A DNA stretch of 60,079 nucleotides, counting the filler. It is 9 parts of 9 records of this genome, joined end to end, with 100 filler letters (N's around TTAATTAATTAA, not from the genome) between each part and the next. Parts side by side here need not be neighbours in the genome. Positions count along the whole stretch, not along the records: positions 48,050 to 54,091 come from SRR31156797_42926; positions 54,192 to 60,079 come from SRR31156797_42931; 7 more parts are not named here. The stretch is one strand, 5' to 3'. Shown here in pieces: positions 48,867 to 58,137 of this stretch. The notes beneath the pieces were generated by a model, which saw only the letters and a program-made list of their open reading frames with translations, was not told the DNA's origin and made no database searches. Each line of letters begins with the position of its first letter. Within the stretch, counting starts at the first letter, position 1. The translations under genes were made by a program, and so were the position numbers.

Positions 48867-48892
48867 TTAACCAATATGGTTAATTTAGTTAA
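48867..48892. promoter_or_regulatory. Putative TetR operator 1
   Basis: TTAACCAATATGGTTAATTTAGTTAA upstream of ydhR; near copy at 49518. Confidence 0.75.
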
Positions 48893-48938
48893 TTTTAAGT
48901 CCAAAAAAATGCCGCCAAGTTTATTATTCAATTTGTTT

Positions 48939-49505
48939 TTACTTTAATATTCCATGAAGAACGAGCTTGAACATTTGTCGTATACGATCCGCGCATTCCC
49001 TGCCTGTCAGACCGGAAGTTACATTAAAGTGAACCACTGCGCGCAATAAATCAAAAGTTAGTTCCGGATCAACATTCGAACGCAGCACGCCGCTCTCCAC
49101 GCCATTTTTCAATAAACCGATCAAGTGCTGAGTCATTTCATCATTATGTCTGATCACCTGTTGTTCGATGGCCGGATATTCCATGAGAACTTCATTCATA
49201 TAATTTGTGGCCCCGTTTTCAAAAAACGCCGCATACACATCCACCATCTTGCCGAGAGCGCTGACCATATCCAGATCCTCGTCAATAATCTCAACCACCC
49301 TGGATTGCATCTCGTGAATGTGTCCGATTATTACCCTTTCAATAAGCTTTTCTTTTGTATCAATTATTTTATAAAGGGTTGGTTTTGTTATGCCGGCCGC
49401 AACCGCCAACTGATCCATGTTCCATCCCTTTAGTCCTCGATCTGCTATAAGCTCTCTTAGTTTATCCTGAATTCTTTGTTCCAGAAGCTGATCATTAACT
49501 TTCAT
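48939..49505 (-). CDS. TetR/AcrR family regulator
   Basis: RGLKGWNMDQLAVAAGITKPTLYK HTH. Confidence 0.88.
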   Translation of the reverse strand: MKVNDQLLEQRIQDKLRELIADRGLKGWNMDQLAVAAGITKPTLYKIIDTKEKLIERVIIGHIHEMQSRVVEIIDEDLDMVSALGKMVDVYAAFFENGATNYMNEVLMEYPAIEQQVIRHNDEMTQHLIGLLKNGVESGVLRSNVDPELTFDLLRAVVHFNVTSGLTGRECADRIRQMFKLVLHGILK

Positions 49506-49517
49506 TTCTATCTCCTG

Positions 49518-49543
49518 TTAACCAATATAGTTAATGTGGTTAA
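49518..49543. promoter_or_regulatory. Putative TetR operator 2 (autoregulatory)
   Basis: TTAACCAATATAGTTAATGTGGTTAA; 23 of 26 positions identical to operator 1. Confidence 0.75.
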
Positions 49544-49664
49544 ATTTGTCAACCCCTATTCTTTAAAAATACAAGCGATGGAATATAAGCTCCAATTGAC
49601 GGCCTATGTCAGCCGTCAAGATACTTTTAAATGATTCAGATGCAGGACTGCCGGAATACTGTCT

Positions 49665-50531
49665 TTACAAATTCAAAAGCCGGACCGCATTTTCCCCTTT
49701 TATTTTATTTCGGAAATCTTCGCTTATATCAACGCCGTCGAGCGCATCAAGCGTTTCCTTGAATCCAAGAGCCGGGTAATCAGTGGCGAATAAAAGCTTG
49801 TGTTCACAACCGTATTTGGAAAAGGCGTCCCAGGGCAAATGATTATAAAGCGGGTGGTAAACCGAAATATCAAGATAAACATTAGGATGGCGATGCAGCA
49901 TGGCCCAGGCCTCCCATTGCCAGGGGAAGCCGCAATGCCCCAAAACTATTTTCAGGTTTCTGAACTTGACCGCAACCGGCTCGAGCTTCATTGGATGCGC
50001 CAGCCTTGTATCCGCAAGAGGCAGCGACCTCTGAACCGCGGCGTGCGACCAGACAATCAGGTCCAGATCCAGGCAGGCTTTCCAGAATGCATCGTAAACC
50101 GGGTCAGTAACGTCAATTTCCTGCAGCTCCGGATGAAGCTTGATCCCGCGGCAGCCATACATGTCAACAGCCCTTTTCAGCTTGTCAATCGCCGCCCGGC
50201 CCAACCGGGGATCCACCCCGGCAAATGGTATGAAGCGGTCCGGGTAGGCTTTTGTCATTTTCTCCAGGTCGTCGTCTGTCACGACCTCCACACCATGGCT
50301 GGTCGTTAAATCCATTCCGACAATAACCGCCTTATCAACTCCACTAGCGTCCATGTCGGCGACGATATCCTTTAGTCCTCTCTGATTGAAAACGAATTCA
50401 AACCCGGCCCGGCTTCGTGCGGCTTCCTCCTCGCTCAGATTCGCCTCAAACAATCTGGATGTCATCCCTTCAAAATCAGGAATAATCCCGGCTTCTTTAC
50501 AATAAGGATGGATATGAAAATCAATGATCAT
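49665..50531 (-). CDS. Amidohydrolase_2 family protein
   Basis: IIDFHIH, GIKLHP, VLGHCG, NVYLDIS, LFATDYP. Confidence 0.92.
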   Translation of the reverse strand: MIIDFHIHPYCKEAGIIPDFEGMTSRLFEANLSEEEAARSRAGFEFVFNQRGLKDIVADMDASGVDKAVIVGMDLTTSHGVEVVTDDDLEKMTKAYPDRFIPFAGVDPRLGRAAIDKLKRAVDMYGCRGIKLHPELQEIDVTDPVYDAFWKACLDLDLIVWSHAAVQRSLPLADTRLAHPMKLEPVAVKFRNLKIVLGHCGFPWQWEAWAMLHRHPNVYLDISVYHPLYNHLPWDAFSKYGCEHKLLFATDYPALGFKETLDALDGVDISEDFRNKIKGENAVRLLNL

Positions 50532-50770
50532 TCTCTTTCTCCCATCAATTTAATTCGAGACTATGGAAATACTTCCATTATTCTTGTTACGTAGAGCGAC
50601 CTTGATGTCAAGATGCAATCAACCAGGAAAATAGTTATTTGAATTATTCGGCGGAAAGATAATAACTCATATTAGTGATTTAAAGCCGAAGACTCGCCGC
50701 CCGCCCCCGGACGGCGAGTTATAATAACAGTATTTAACGATTAATTTTTAAAACTAATAAACGCCTTTTC

Positions 50771-51610
50771 TCATATTCCATTAACAAGCAGGGAGGCCTC
50801 ATGCCCGGGAATAATGAAGCCGGGTTCGTCGCGGGAAGCCAGGATTCTAATTTTGGCCACGCTGTCATAAAAAGCATAAAAATCATAGGTAATGCCGCCG
50901 GGCATGCCCAATTCCATGCCCGGCGGGGCCTGGGGAATTTCATGCGCCTGGCCGTTCATATCCATCATTTCCGGCAAATATGGAAACGCGGAAATATAGG
51001 AAGTAAAAAGGTCCCCCACCAAAACAACCACTCCCTTTTCAGTTTTAACAGCCACTGACTGGCCGCCCCTGGTGTGCCCCGGCGTCTTATAAAGTTCCAG
51101 ACCTTCCTGCAATTTCAAATCTCCGTCAATCATGTACCTTTTCAATGGCCCGAGCTCGTCAACCAGGTCCGGGTCATAATCCCGGCGCAACTTCTGGACC
51201 GGCAATGGGTCGATCAGATTTTGCCATTCATCCTTCTGGAAAATAAAATCAGCATCCGGAAACAAACCGCAGTTTCCGGCATGGTCGTTATGCAGATGGG
51301 TGTAAATGACGGTGTTAATATCCCCGGGGCTCAAACCTTCCTTTTCCAAAGACTGCAAAACATAGCCTTCACCGCCCTCCGCCGGCAATCCGGCCCAGGC
51401 CTTGCCGTCGACGAAAAATTTATCGGATATGCCTGTATCAACCATGATGTTGCAGCCGGGTCTCGTGAGGAGGAATCCCATATAAGGCGCGCTTACGCTA
51501 TAATCATTTTTTATTTCCGGCGCCCCGAACGGATAGTGGACTCCGACTAATGTGGAAAACGGCATGGTAATTTTCCCCAAACATAAAACCTTTATACTCC
51601 AGACACCCAT
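50771..51610 (-). CDS. N-acyl homoserine lactonase-like metallo-beta-lactamase fold protein
   Basis: VDTG, THLHNDHAG, TPGHT, LVGD, IPGHE. Confidence 0.85.
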   Translation of the reverse strand: MGVWSIKVLCLGKITMPFSTLVGVHYPFGAPEIKNDYSVSAPYMGFLLTRPGCNIMVDTGISDKFFVDGKAWAGLPAEGGEGYVLQSLEKEGLSPGDINTVIYTHLHNDHAGNCGLFPDADFIFQKDEWQNLIDPLPVQKLRRDYDPDLVDELGPLKRYMIDGDLKLQEGLELYKTPGHTRGGQSVAVKTEKGVVVLVGDLFTSYISAFPYLPEMMDMNGQAHEIPQAPPGMELGMPGGITYDFYAFYDSVAKIRILASRDEPGFIIPGHEASLLVNGI

Positions 51611-51668
51611 TTTTAAAACCTCCTAAGGACGGAAACTAGGAAAAGCGGCATAAACTACAATGAACTTA

Positions 51669-51731
51669 TTGGGTTACGCTTCGCTAAGCCAACCTACACA
51701 GCATGGCCGACACGCGGCCATGGCGCCCTGC
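51669..51731 (-). repeat. Pair of GTAG-type REP-like hairpins
   Basis: Minus strand GTAGGTTGGCTTAGCGAAGCGTAACCCAA (51669-51697) and GCAGGGCGCCATGGCCGCGTGTCGGCCATG. Confidence 0.55.
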
Positions 51732-51799
51732 TGCGTACCTAGTGCCTAAAATAATATAGACACCCATAATTTATCAATCATGGACACATATAGCAGCAG

Positions 51800-52738
51800 C
51801 TAAAAAGAAACATTATCCAGGCCTTTAAGTCCAAGAGTTTCCCTGGCTTCATCAGGCAAAGCCGGTTCAAGGCTCAGCTGCCGGGCCATGATGACCGCCA
51901 TTTCAACCTGATCGGCGCTGGATGTGGCCGGCCTGCCCTGACCCGCGTATAGAGAATCTTCCATACCAACCCGGATATTTGGAGCGCCCATGGCCATGGC
52001 CGCGGCCGCCAGGGGCATCTGCCAACGCCCAGCCCCGGCAACAGACCATGTGTAATTACTCTCTCCCAAAAGATCATTCGCCTCATCATGCAACTGAACC
52101 AGATGCTTGACCGACGGCTTCATCCAGCCAACTATGGGACCGAGCACAAACTGTAGGTGAGGTTTGGATTCCACCAGCCCCTCCGACATGAGCCAGGTCA
52201 CATAACCCAGGTGGCCAAGCTCGTATATCTCAAATTCCGGCTTGGTCCCTGTTTCCTTCATTGTCCTGGCGTAAAACAAATCCTGTTCAAAGGTCGGCGC
52301 CATACCGATGATCGACCTGGACATTTCCAGGTAATCCTTTTCCCAATCATGCTTGAACCTGCCTTCATACTTTTCAGCCATTTGGAAAATTCCGAGGTTA
52401 AACGGCGCCGGGTCAAATGAACACATTTCCGGCTTCAATCTGGTTATCGGCCTGATTTTTTCCTCCAGGCTCATACCCGGCCCGCCGCCGGTGGTCGGCA
52501 ACAGGATAAGATCGCATCTTTCCCTGATCTTGCTGCATACTTCATGAAACAGATCCGGATCGGACAACGGCCGGCCGGTTTCAGGGTCGCGGACGTGGAT
52601 ATGGGCAATGGCCGCGCCGGCTTCCCATGATTTAACCGCATCATTGACAATTTCATCGGGAGTGATCGGCAAATGTTCGCTCATGGTCGGAGTGTGTATA
52701 GACCCGGTTACCGCCGCGGTAATGATAAGTTTTCTCAT
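51800..52738 (-). CDS. Beta-keto acid cleavage enzyme (BKACE/DUF849, Kce family)
   Basis: IITAAVTG, LPITPDEI, AHIHVRD, TTGG, KPEFEIY, RVGMED. Confidence 0.92.
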   Translation of the reverse strand: MRKLIITAAVTGSIHTPTMSEHLPITPDEIVNDAVKSWEAGAAIAHIHVRDPETGRPLSDPDLFHEVCSKIRERCDLILLPTTGGGPGMSLEEKIRPITRLKPEMCSFDPAPFNLGIFQMAEKYEGRFKHDWEKDYLEMSRSIIGMAPTFEQDLFYARTMKETGTKPEFEIYELGHLGYVTWLMSEGLVESKPHLQFVLGPIVGWMKPSVKHLVQLHDEANDLLGESNYTWSVAGAGRWQMPLAAAAMAMGAPNIRVGMEDSLYAGQGRPATSSADQVEMAVIMARQLSLEPALPDEARETLGLKGLDNVSF

Positions 52739-52896
52739 AAATTCCAGTCCTTTCTTTCCCGAATTTCATATGGCCGCGCCGTCTTCGGTGGGGAATGACT
52801 TTTACTCCCCGGCATCCGGCCAAGGCGGATGTATCAAATTGAAGGATGATATTTATTATTAACTTTATTTCAAGACATTCCACATGTCAAGACATT

Positions 52897-52912
52897 TTCC
52901 ACAATTATGGAA
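52897..52912. promoter_or_regulatory. Putative XRE-cupin regulator site 1
   Basis: TTCCACAATTATGGAA, just upstream of a minus-strand TTGACA. Confidence 0.65.
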
Positions 52913-53127
52913 TTTGTTGCATCAATACCTTTCTCAAAGCAATAAAGTGCGCATTTTTAAACAGTTACCAGGTGTTCTCAATTATGAACAAAACCGCTAC
53001 GATTTGTTGGCGGGAATTAACACTTATAACCAAGTCTGTTAATTTCATATTTAATATCAACCATTTTTACTCTTGTTTTCCGATATTTTAAGCCCTAAGC
53101 CATACGGATAAAAAGTCTTGACATCAT

Positions 53128-53143
53128 TTCCATAATCGTGGAA
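53128..53143. promoter_or_regulatory. Putative XRE-cupin regulator site 2
   Basis: TTCCATAATCGTGGAA, 1 mismatch to the reverse complement of site 1, just downstream of TTGACA at 53118-53123. Confidence 0.65.
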
Positions 53144-53181
53144 TATTTTCTCCATCAGTTATCAGGGAAGAAAGGTCATTC

Positions 53182-53790
53182 ATGAAAGATATTGGGACAA
53201 GGATACGCAACGAAAGAAGAAAACAAGGTTTCACATTGGAGCAGATTGCAACCCGGACAGGCCTTTCGAAAAGCTATCTGAGCAACCTGGAACGCGGGCT
53301 TACCGAACCGACGGTCAGCGTCCTGAAAAAGATATCCGCCAAACTCCAGATCAGCCTGGTGGAACTGTTCGGCGAAGATGAAGACAACAGCAATGAATTG
53401 GGATATCCCGAGCAAAACAATGGAGGCCGGCCCAGCCGGTTTATATCAGACGTTAAAGTTGTTCATCCGGATCAGCGCAAGACCTTCACCCTGCCCGGAT
53501 CGAGCCTGACTTACGAACTGCTTACCCCGGACTTGAATCGGCAATTCGAGTCCTACCGATTCACGGCCGAACCCGGTGAAAAGATGGGTGAAGAACCCAT
53601 GGTCGATCCACCGGGTGAAAAATTCGCCCTGGTCCTGAAAGGAAACATGGAAACGACAATCCAGGGCCAGGTTTACACGCTCGGCCCGGGCAGCTCGGTC
53701 TATTTCCCGGCCCACTACCCGCACTCATGGCGCTGCATCGGCGACGAGCCCCTGGAAGTGATTGTGGTGGTTTGTCCCCCCTGGTTCTAA
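53182..53790 (+). CDS. XRE-family HTH regulator with C-terminal cupin domain
   Basis: IGTRIRNER...TLEQIA...LSKSYLSNLERG; GEKFALVLKG...YFPAHYPHSW. Confidence 0.93.
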   Translation: MKDIGTRIRNERRKQGFTLEQIATRTGLSKSYLSNLERGLTEPTVSVLKKISAKLQISLVELFGEDEDNSNELGYPEQNNGGRPSRFISDVKVVHPDQRKTFTLPGSSLTYELLTPDLNRQFESYRFTAEPGEKMGEEPMVDPPGEKFALVLKGNMETTIQGQVYTLGPGSSVYFPAHYPHSWRCIGDEPLEVIVVVCPPWF

Positions 53791-53814
53791 ACCCGGATAT
53801 TGCAATCCGGGTTT
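53790..53814. terminator. Terminator between convergent genes
   Basis: AAACCCGGAT-ATTGCA-ATCCGGGTTT. Confidence 0.7.
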
Positions 53815-53835
53815 AAAGGGGTCAGGCGTCTTTTC

Positions 53836-54090
53836 TTATTTCATCATGCGTTCATCAAGCCAATTAAGAATATATTCAGCCGACAACATGGGCGCGCCCA
53901 ACTGGCAATGGAACTGGCCGCCTTCGGCCGTGGAAAATTCCTTGTAAGTCTTTTTGACTTTCAAAGCGTTATAAAAAATCTTGGACTGCTCGTAAGAACC
54001 GGCCACCTGGTCGTCCACGGAATTAAGCACCAGCATTTCACATTTAATTTTCTCAATGCTTTCTGTTTGATTGAACTTTTTTAGCTTCCG
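53836..54090 (-). CDS. Alpha/beta hydrolase C-terminal fragment (5' partial)
   Basis: IEKIKCEMLVL...EFSTAEGGQFHCQLGA...ILNWLDE. Confidence 0.7.
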   Translation of the reverse strand, partial: RKLKKFNQTESIEKIKCEMLVLNSVDDQVAGSYEQSKIFYNALKVKKTYKEFSTAEGGQFHCQLGAPMLSAEYILNWLDERMMK

Positions 54091-54191
54091 ANNNNNNNNN
54101 NNNNNNNNNNNNNNNNNNNNNNNNNNNNNNNNNNNTTAATTAATTAANNNNNNNNNNNNNNNNNNNNNNNNNNNNNNNNNNNNNNNNNNNN

Positions 54192-54908
<717 letters not shown>

Positions 54909-55099
54909 CTACTTTTTAAACGAGCTACTGCTTTTCATTACTACCATTTGACGTAAAATAATCAATATAGCTAGGTTATTGCTACTCCAATAACCCGCCA
55001 TCCTTATGGTGAAAAAGTATGTGCTACAAATTGATATGTACGCAAGTTTTTAGCGAAAAAAGTCAAAAATAATTATTAGAGAATTGGAGAAAGTTAAGC

Positions 55100-55504
55100 G
55101 TGGTTCAAAAAGCCGAAGAGATGGACAAGCCTGATGAATACTGGAAAGACCAGTTGTCTGAGGAAGAATATTATGTATGCCGTCAGCGAGGAACGGAGGC
55201 GCCGTTCTCCGGGAAGCTACTGCATAATAAGGAGACGGGTGCCTACCACTGTACTTGTTGTAATGCGCCACTTTTCCGTTCAGAAAATAAGTATGACTCA
55301 GGGTGTGGATGGCCGAGTTTTGATGCCCCAATTAGTGATCAGGCAATACGCTATTTAGAAGATCTAAGTCACGGAATGGTGAGAACTGAGATACGTTGTG
55401 CAGCGTGTGATAGCCATCTTGGACATGTTTTTCCTGATGGCCCAAAGACGACTGGCGAGCGTTTTTGTGTTAATTCGGTGTCGTTAATTTTCAACAAAAA
55501 GTAG
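55100..55504 (+). CDS. msrB: Peptide-methionine (R)-S-oxide reductase
   Basis: [36 protein letters not shown]. Confidence 0.97.
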   Translation: MVQKAEEMDKPDEYWKDQLSEEEYYVCRQRGTEAPFSGKLLHNKETGAYHCTCCNAPLFRSENKYDSGCGWPSFDAPISDQAIRYLEDLSHGMVRTEIRCAACDSHLGHVFPDGPKTTGERFCVNSVSLIFNKK

Positions 55505-55526
55505 TAAAATTAGCGAAATAGTTACG

Positions 55527-55560
55527 AAAAAGGTTGGTGAAATTTCACCAACCTTTGTTT
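55527..55560. terminator. Bidirectional terminator
   Basis: AAAAAGGTTGGTGA-AATT-TCACCAACCTTTG. Confidence 0.8.
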
Positions 55561-55568
55561 TATCGGCT

Positions 55569-56414
55569 TTATTTCAACGCATTAGTGATGACGCTAGGGT
55601 GGTATTGTCCCTTTTCAATCGATTCCACAACGATTTCCGCAACATCATCAAGTCTTTCAAATGTCTCTTGGTCAAATCCATACATCAGTGCAAGCTCAGC
55701 TTCAGAAGCGATAGGCACATCGAACTCTTTACCAACCATTGCCCAAATATAAGCGAGTTGGGTTTCTCCTGCACCATGGTAGCTACTGGCTAAAGATTTT
55801 AGGATCTCTAGATTAACGTTATTTGCTGGGCTTAGTTCCAACGCATGGTTAAGTAGTTGTATGGTTTTTTCTCGGTTACGCGTGATATAGAAGGTTGCCA
55901 GCGCATATTGCAAATGTGCCGTTTCTAACTCAGGTTTCCCTTCGAGTTGTAAAAATTCTCGGCGGGCTCTGTTGTCGCCTTCCTGACTCCACAGAAAATA
56001 AAGCGATTCTGGTGTTCGGTTCTGTTCAAGTTCAGATACCAAACGTTTCATGTCCTCACCTGCGTTAACCAAAGCGTTGACACGTTTTTGTTTAAGTTCT
56101 GTTTGATCAATGGCTTGGATTTGAGAAGCTAACTCTAAGCAACGACGGTAATCGCGAGTGAGTTGATGTTCCTTAATTTTATTCTCAACGCTCGGATTTT
56201 TAAGAACATCAAAACGGTGCCAAATAAGATCGGTTCGAGGAAGTCGACATTGGCCATCATCGACATTCAATCGCTCACATTGCAGCCCCGGGTTATCGGC
56301 ACAAAGCTTGTCGGTATTTTTTCTGTTCTCAAAACATCCAGAAAGTATCAATGGTAGAGAACAATAAATGAGTATATTTATACTTTTCATAAAGTTTGGT
56401 TTATCGATGTTCAA
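55569..56414 (-). CDS. DUF2989 family lipoprotein
   Basis: Lipobox LSGC, DGQCRLPRTDLIW; usual Vibrio position between msrB and yeaC. Confidence 0.8.
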   Translation of the reverse strand: MNIDKPNFMKSINILIYCSLPLILSGCFENRKNTDKLCADNPGLQCERLNVDDGQCRLPRTDLIWHRFDVLKNPSVENKIKEHQLTRDYRRCLELASQIQAIDQTELKQKRVNALVNAGEDMKRLVSELEQNRTPESLYFLWSQEGDNRARREFLQLEGKPELETAHLQYALATFYITRNREKTIQLLNHALELSPANNVNLEILKSLASSYHGAGETQLAYIWAMVGKEFDVPIASEAELALMYGFDQETFERLDDVAEIVVESIEKGQYHPSVITNALK

Positions 56415-56605
56415 TATCGTTTATTAATTATACTGCAGTGTGCAGTGTTCGTGCCACGTTGTCTAAGTTAGCGGTGATACTGATTAGACAAGTGTGACGA
56501 GGACGTAACCTGAGTTGTGATCTTATACACTTATTTATTTCGCATGCCTTGACTAACGATGCCAACGAGATATGTTGACGCAAACTGTTAAATTAGGAAT
56601 TTGTC

Positions 56606-56905
56606 ATGGACGCAAATCAACTTGTTGATGCCATCACTCCCGAAGCATACGAACGTTTATTGTACGCGGTAGAAACAGGCAAGTGGCCTGAAGGTACTGC
56701 ACTTAGTCAAGAGCAGCGAGATTCTTGTATGCAAGCTGTGATGTTGTTCCAATCTAAACACAATAACGATGCTGATCACATGAGCGTTGGGCTTGGTGGT
56801 GAGATGGTGTTTAAATCTAAAGCAGAACTTAAAAATCGTTTCCAAAACGAATCATCGCAAATCACTCAACAAGAAATTTTACGCGTTAATGCAAATGAAG
56901 AGTAG
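56606..56905 (+). CDS. yeaC: YeaC family protein (DUF1315)
   Basis: ITPEAYERLLYAVETGKWPEG...CMQAVML. Confidence 0.9.
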   Translation: MDANQLVDAITPEAYERLLYAVETGKWPEGTALSQEQRDSCMQAVMLFQSKHNNDADHMSVGLGGEMVFKSKAELKNRFQNESSQITQQEILRVNANEE

Positions 56906-56923
56906 TTGCGGCAACTGAATACA

Positions 56924-56953
56924 GAAAACCCCGTATCGTGATACGGGGTTTTC
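56924..56953. terminator. Bidirectional terminator
   Basis: GAAAACCCCGTATC-GT-GATACGGGGTTTTC. Confidence 0.85.
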
Positions 56954-56967
56954 TTACTTTAGCTCGG

Positions 56968-57981
56968 TTAAATGCTCATCTCTCCACGGAGAACTTGTTG
57001 CATCCTATCTTTTACTTCTTCGTACGACAGGTTTTGGCTTAATAAGTAGTGCAATTTCGCTAATGCGGCTTCTGGAGTCATATCAAAGCCACTGATCACG
57101 CCCGCATCTGCCAGCGCACAGCCTGTCGCATAACCTCCCATGTTTACCTTGCCTGCTAAACACTGAGTTAAGTTGACCACAATAACGCCGCGTTGTGAGG
57201 CGTCCTGAAGCTGAGCAAGCAGTTCCGCATTTTGAGGCGCATTACCGACCCCAAATGTCAGCAATATCATTGCATTGACTGGTTGAAGCAGTGTGTTACG
57301 AATCACTTCGTGTGAAATGCCCGGGTACATCGTGATTACGCCGATTGGCTGAGGGGTAATTTTATGTACTTTAAACTCACCTTCTGGAACTTTACCTACT
57401 TGAACGCCGTTACTTACTTGAATATTAATACCCGCTTCAAGTAATGGTGGGATGTTCGGTGAAGTAAATGCATTGAAGCCATCCGCATGCGATTTGGTGC
57501 TGCGGTTACCACGCATTAACTGGTTATTGAAGAACAGTGTGACTTCATTAATCGGGTAGTTAGCCGCGATGTGCAGTGCATTGAGTAGGTTTGCCTGACC
57601 GTCCGAGCGTAGCTCAGCCAGTGGGATTTGTGAGCCGGTCACAATCACAGGTTTTGCTAGGTTTTCCAGCATGAAAGAAAGAGCAGAGGCGGTATACGCC
57701 ATGGTGTCTGTACCATGCAAAATGACAAAGCCGTCATACTTTTCATAGTTATCATGAATGTCGTCAGCGATTTTCTGCCAGTCTTCTGGAGTCATATCGG
57801 AAGAGTCAATCAATGGTTCATATTCATGAACGGTAAATTCTGGCATCTCTTCTCGGTGGAACTCGGGCATGCTAGCCAGTTGTTTTTCCATAAAGCCAGC
57901 AACGGGCACGTAACCGTGAGCGGATTTTTTCATGCCGATGGTGCCACCGGTATAGGCGATGTATATGTGTTTTCTTGCCAT
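56968..57981 (-). CDS. ansA: L-asparaginase 1
   Basis: YTGGTIGM, HGTDTMAY, TGSQIP, RGNRSTK. Confidence 0.97.
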   Translation of the reverse strand: MARKHIYIAYTGGTIGMKKSAHGYVPVAGFMEKQLASMPEFHREEMPEFTVHEYEPLIDSSDMTPEDWQKIADDIHDNYEKYDGFVILHGTDTMAYTASALSFMLENLAKPVIVTGSQIPLAELRSDGQANLLNALHIAANYPINEVTLFFNNQLMRGNRSTKSHADGFNAFTSPNIPPLLEAGINIQVSNGVQVGKVPEGEFKVHKITPQPIGVITMYPGISHEVIRNTLLQPVNAMILLTFGVGNAPQNAELLAQLQDASQRGVIVVNLTQCLAGKVNMGGYATGCALADAGVISGFDMTPEAALAKLHYLLSQNLSYEEVKDRMQQVLRGEMSI

Positions 57982-58044
57982 GATTTAAGCAACTCAAGGT
58001 TCGGGGAATATTGTGTCGCGATTATAGCGAAAAGTTAGTGAATA

Positions 58045-58075
58045 AAAAGGGGGACTATGCGTTTAGTCCCCCTTT
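58045..58075 (-). terminator. Intrinsic terminator after sppA
   Basis: AAAGGGGGACTA...TAGTCCCCCTTT. Confidence 0.8.
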
Positions 58076-58137
58076 ACAGGTCAAAATGACAATGAATGTA
58101 ACGTTAACCTGAGTGAATGATTACTCGGTTTGAATGG

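Noticed and set aside
5986-54191. Eight regularly recurring TTAATTAATTAA motifs within N-runs
   Set aside because: Artificial contig spacers, not a biological repeat or CRISPR. ORFs running into the X-runs are partial, and no linkage across spacers can be inferred.
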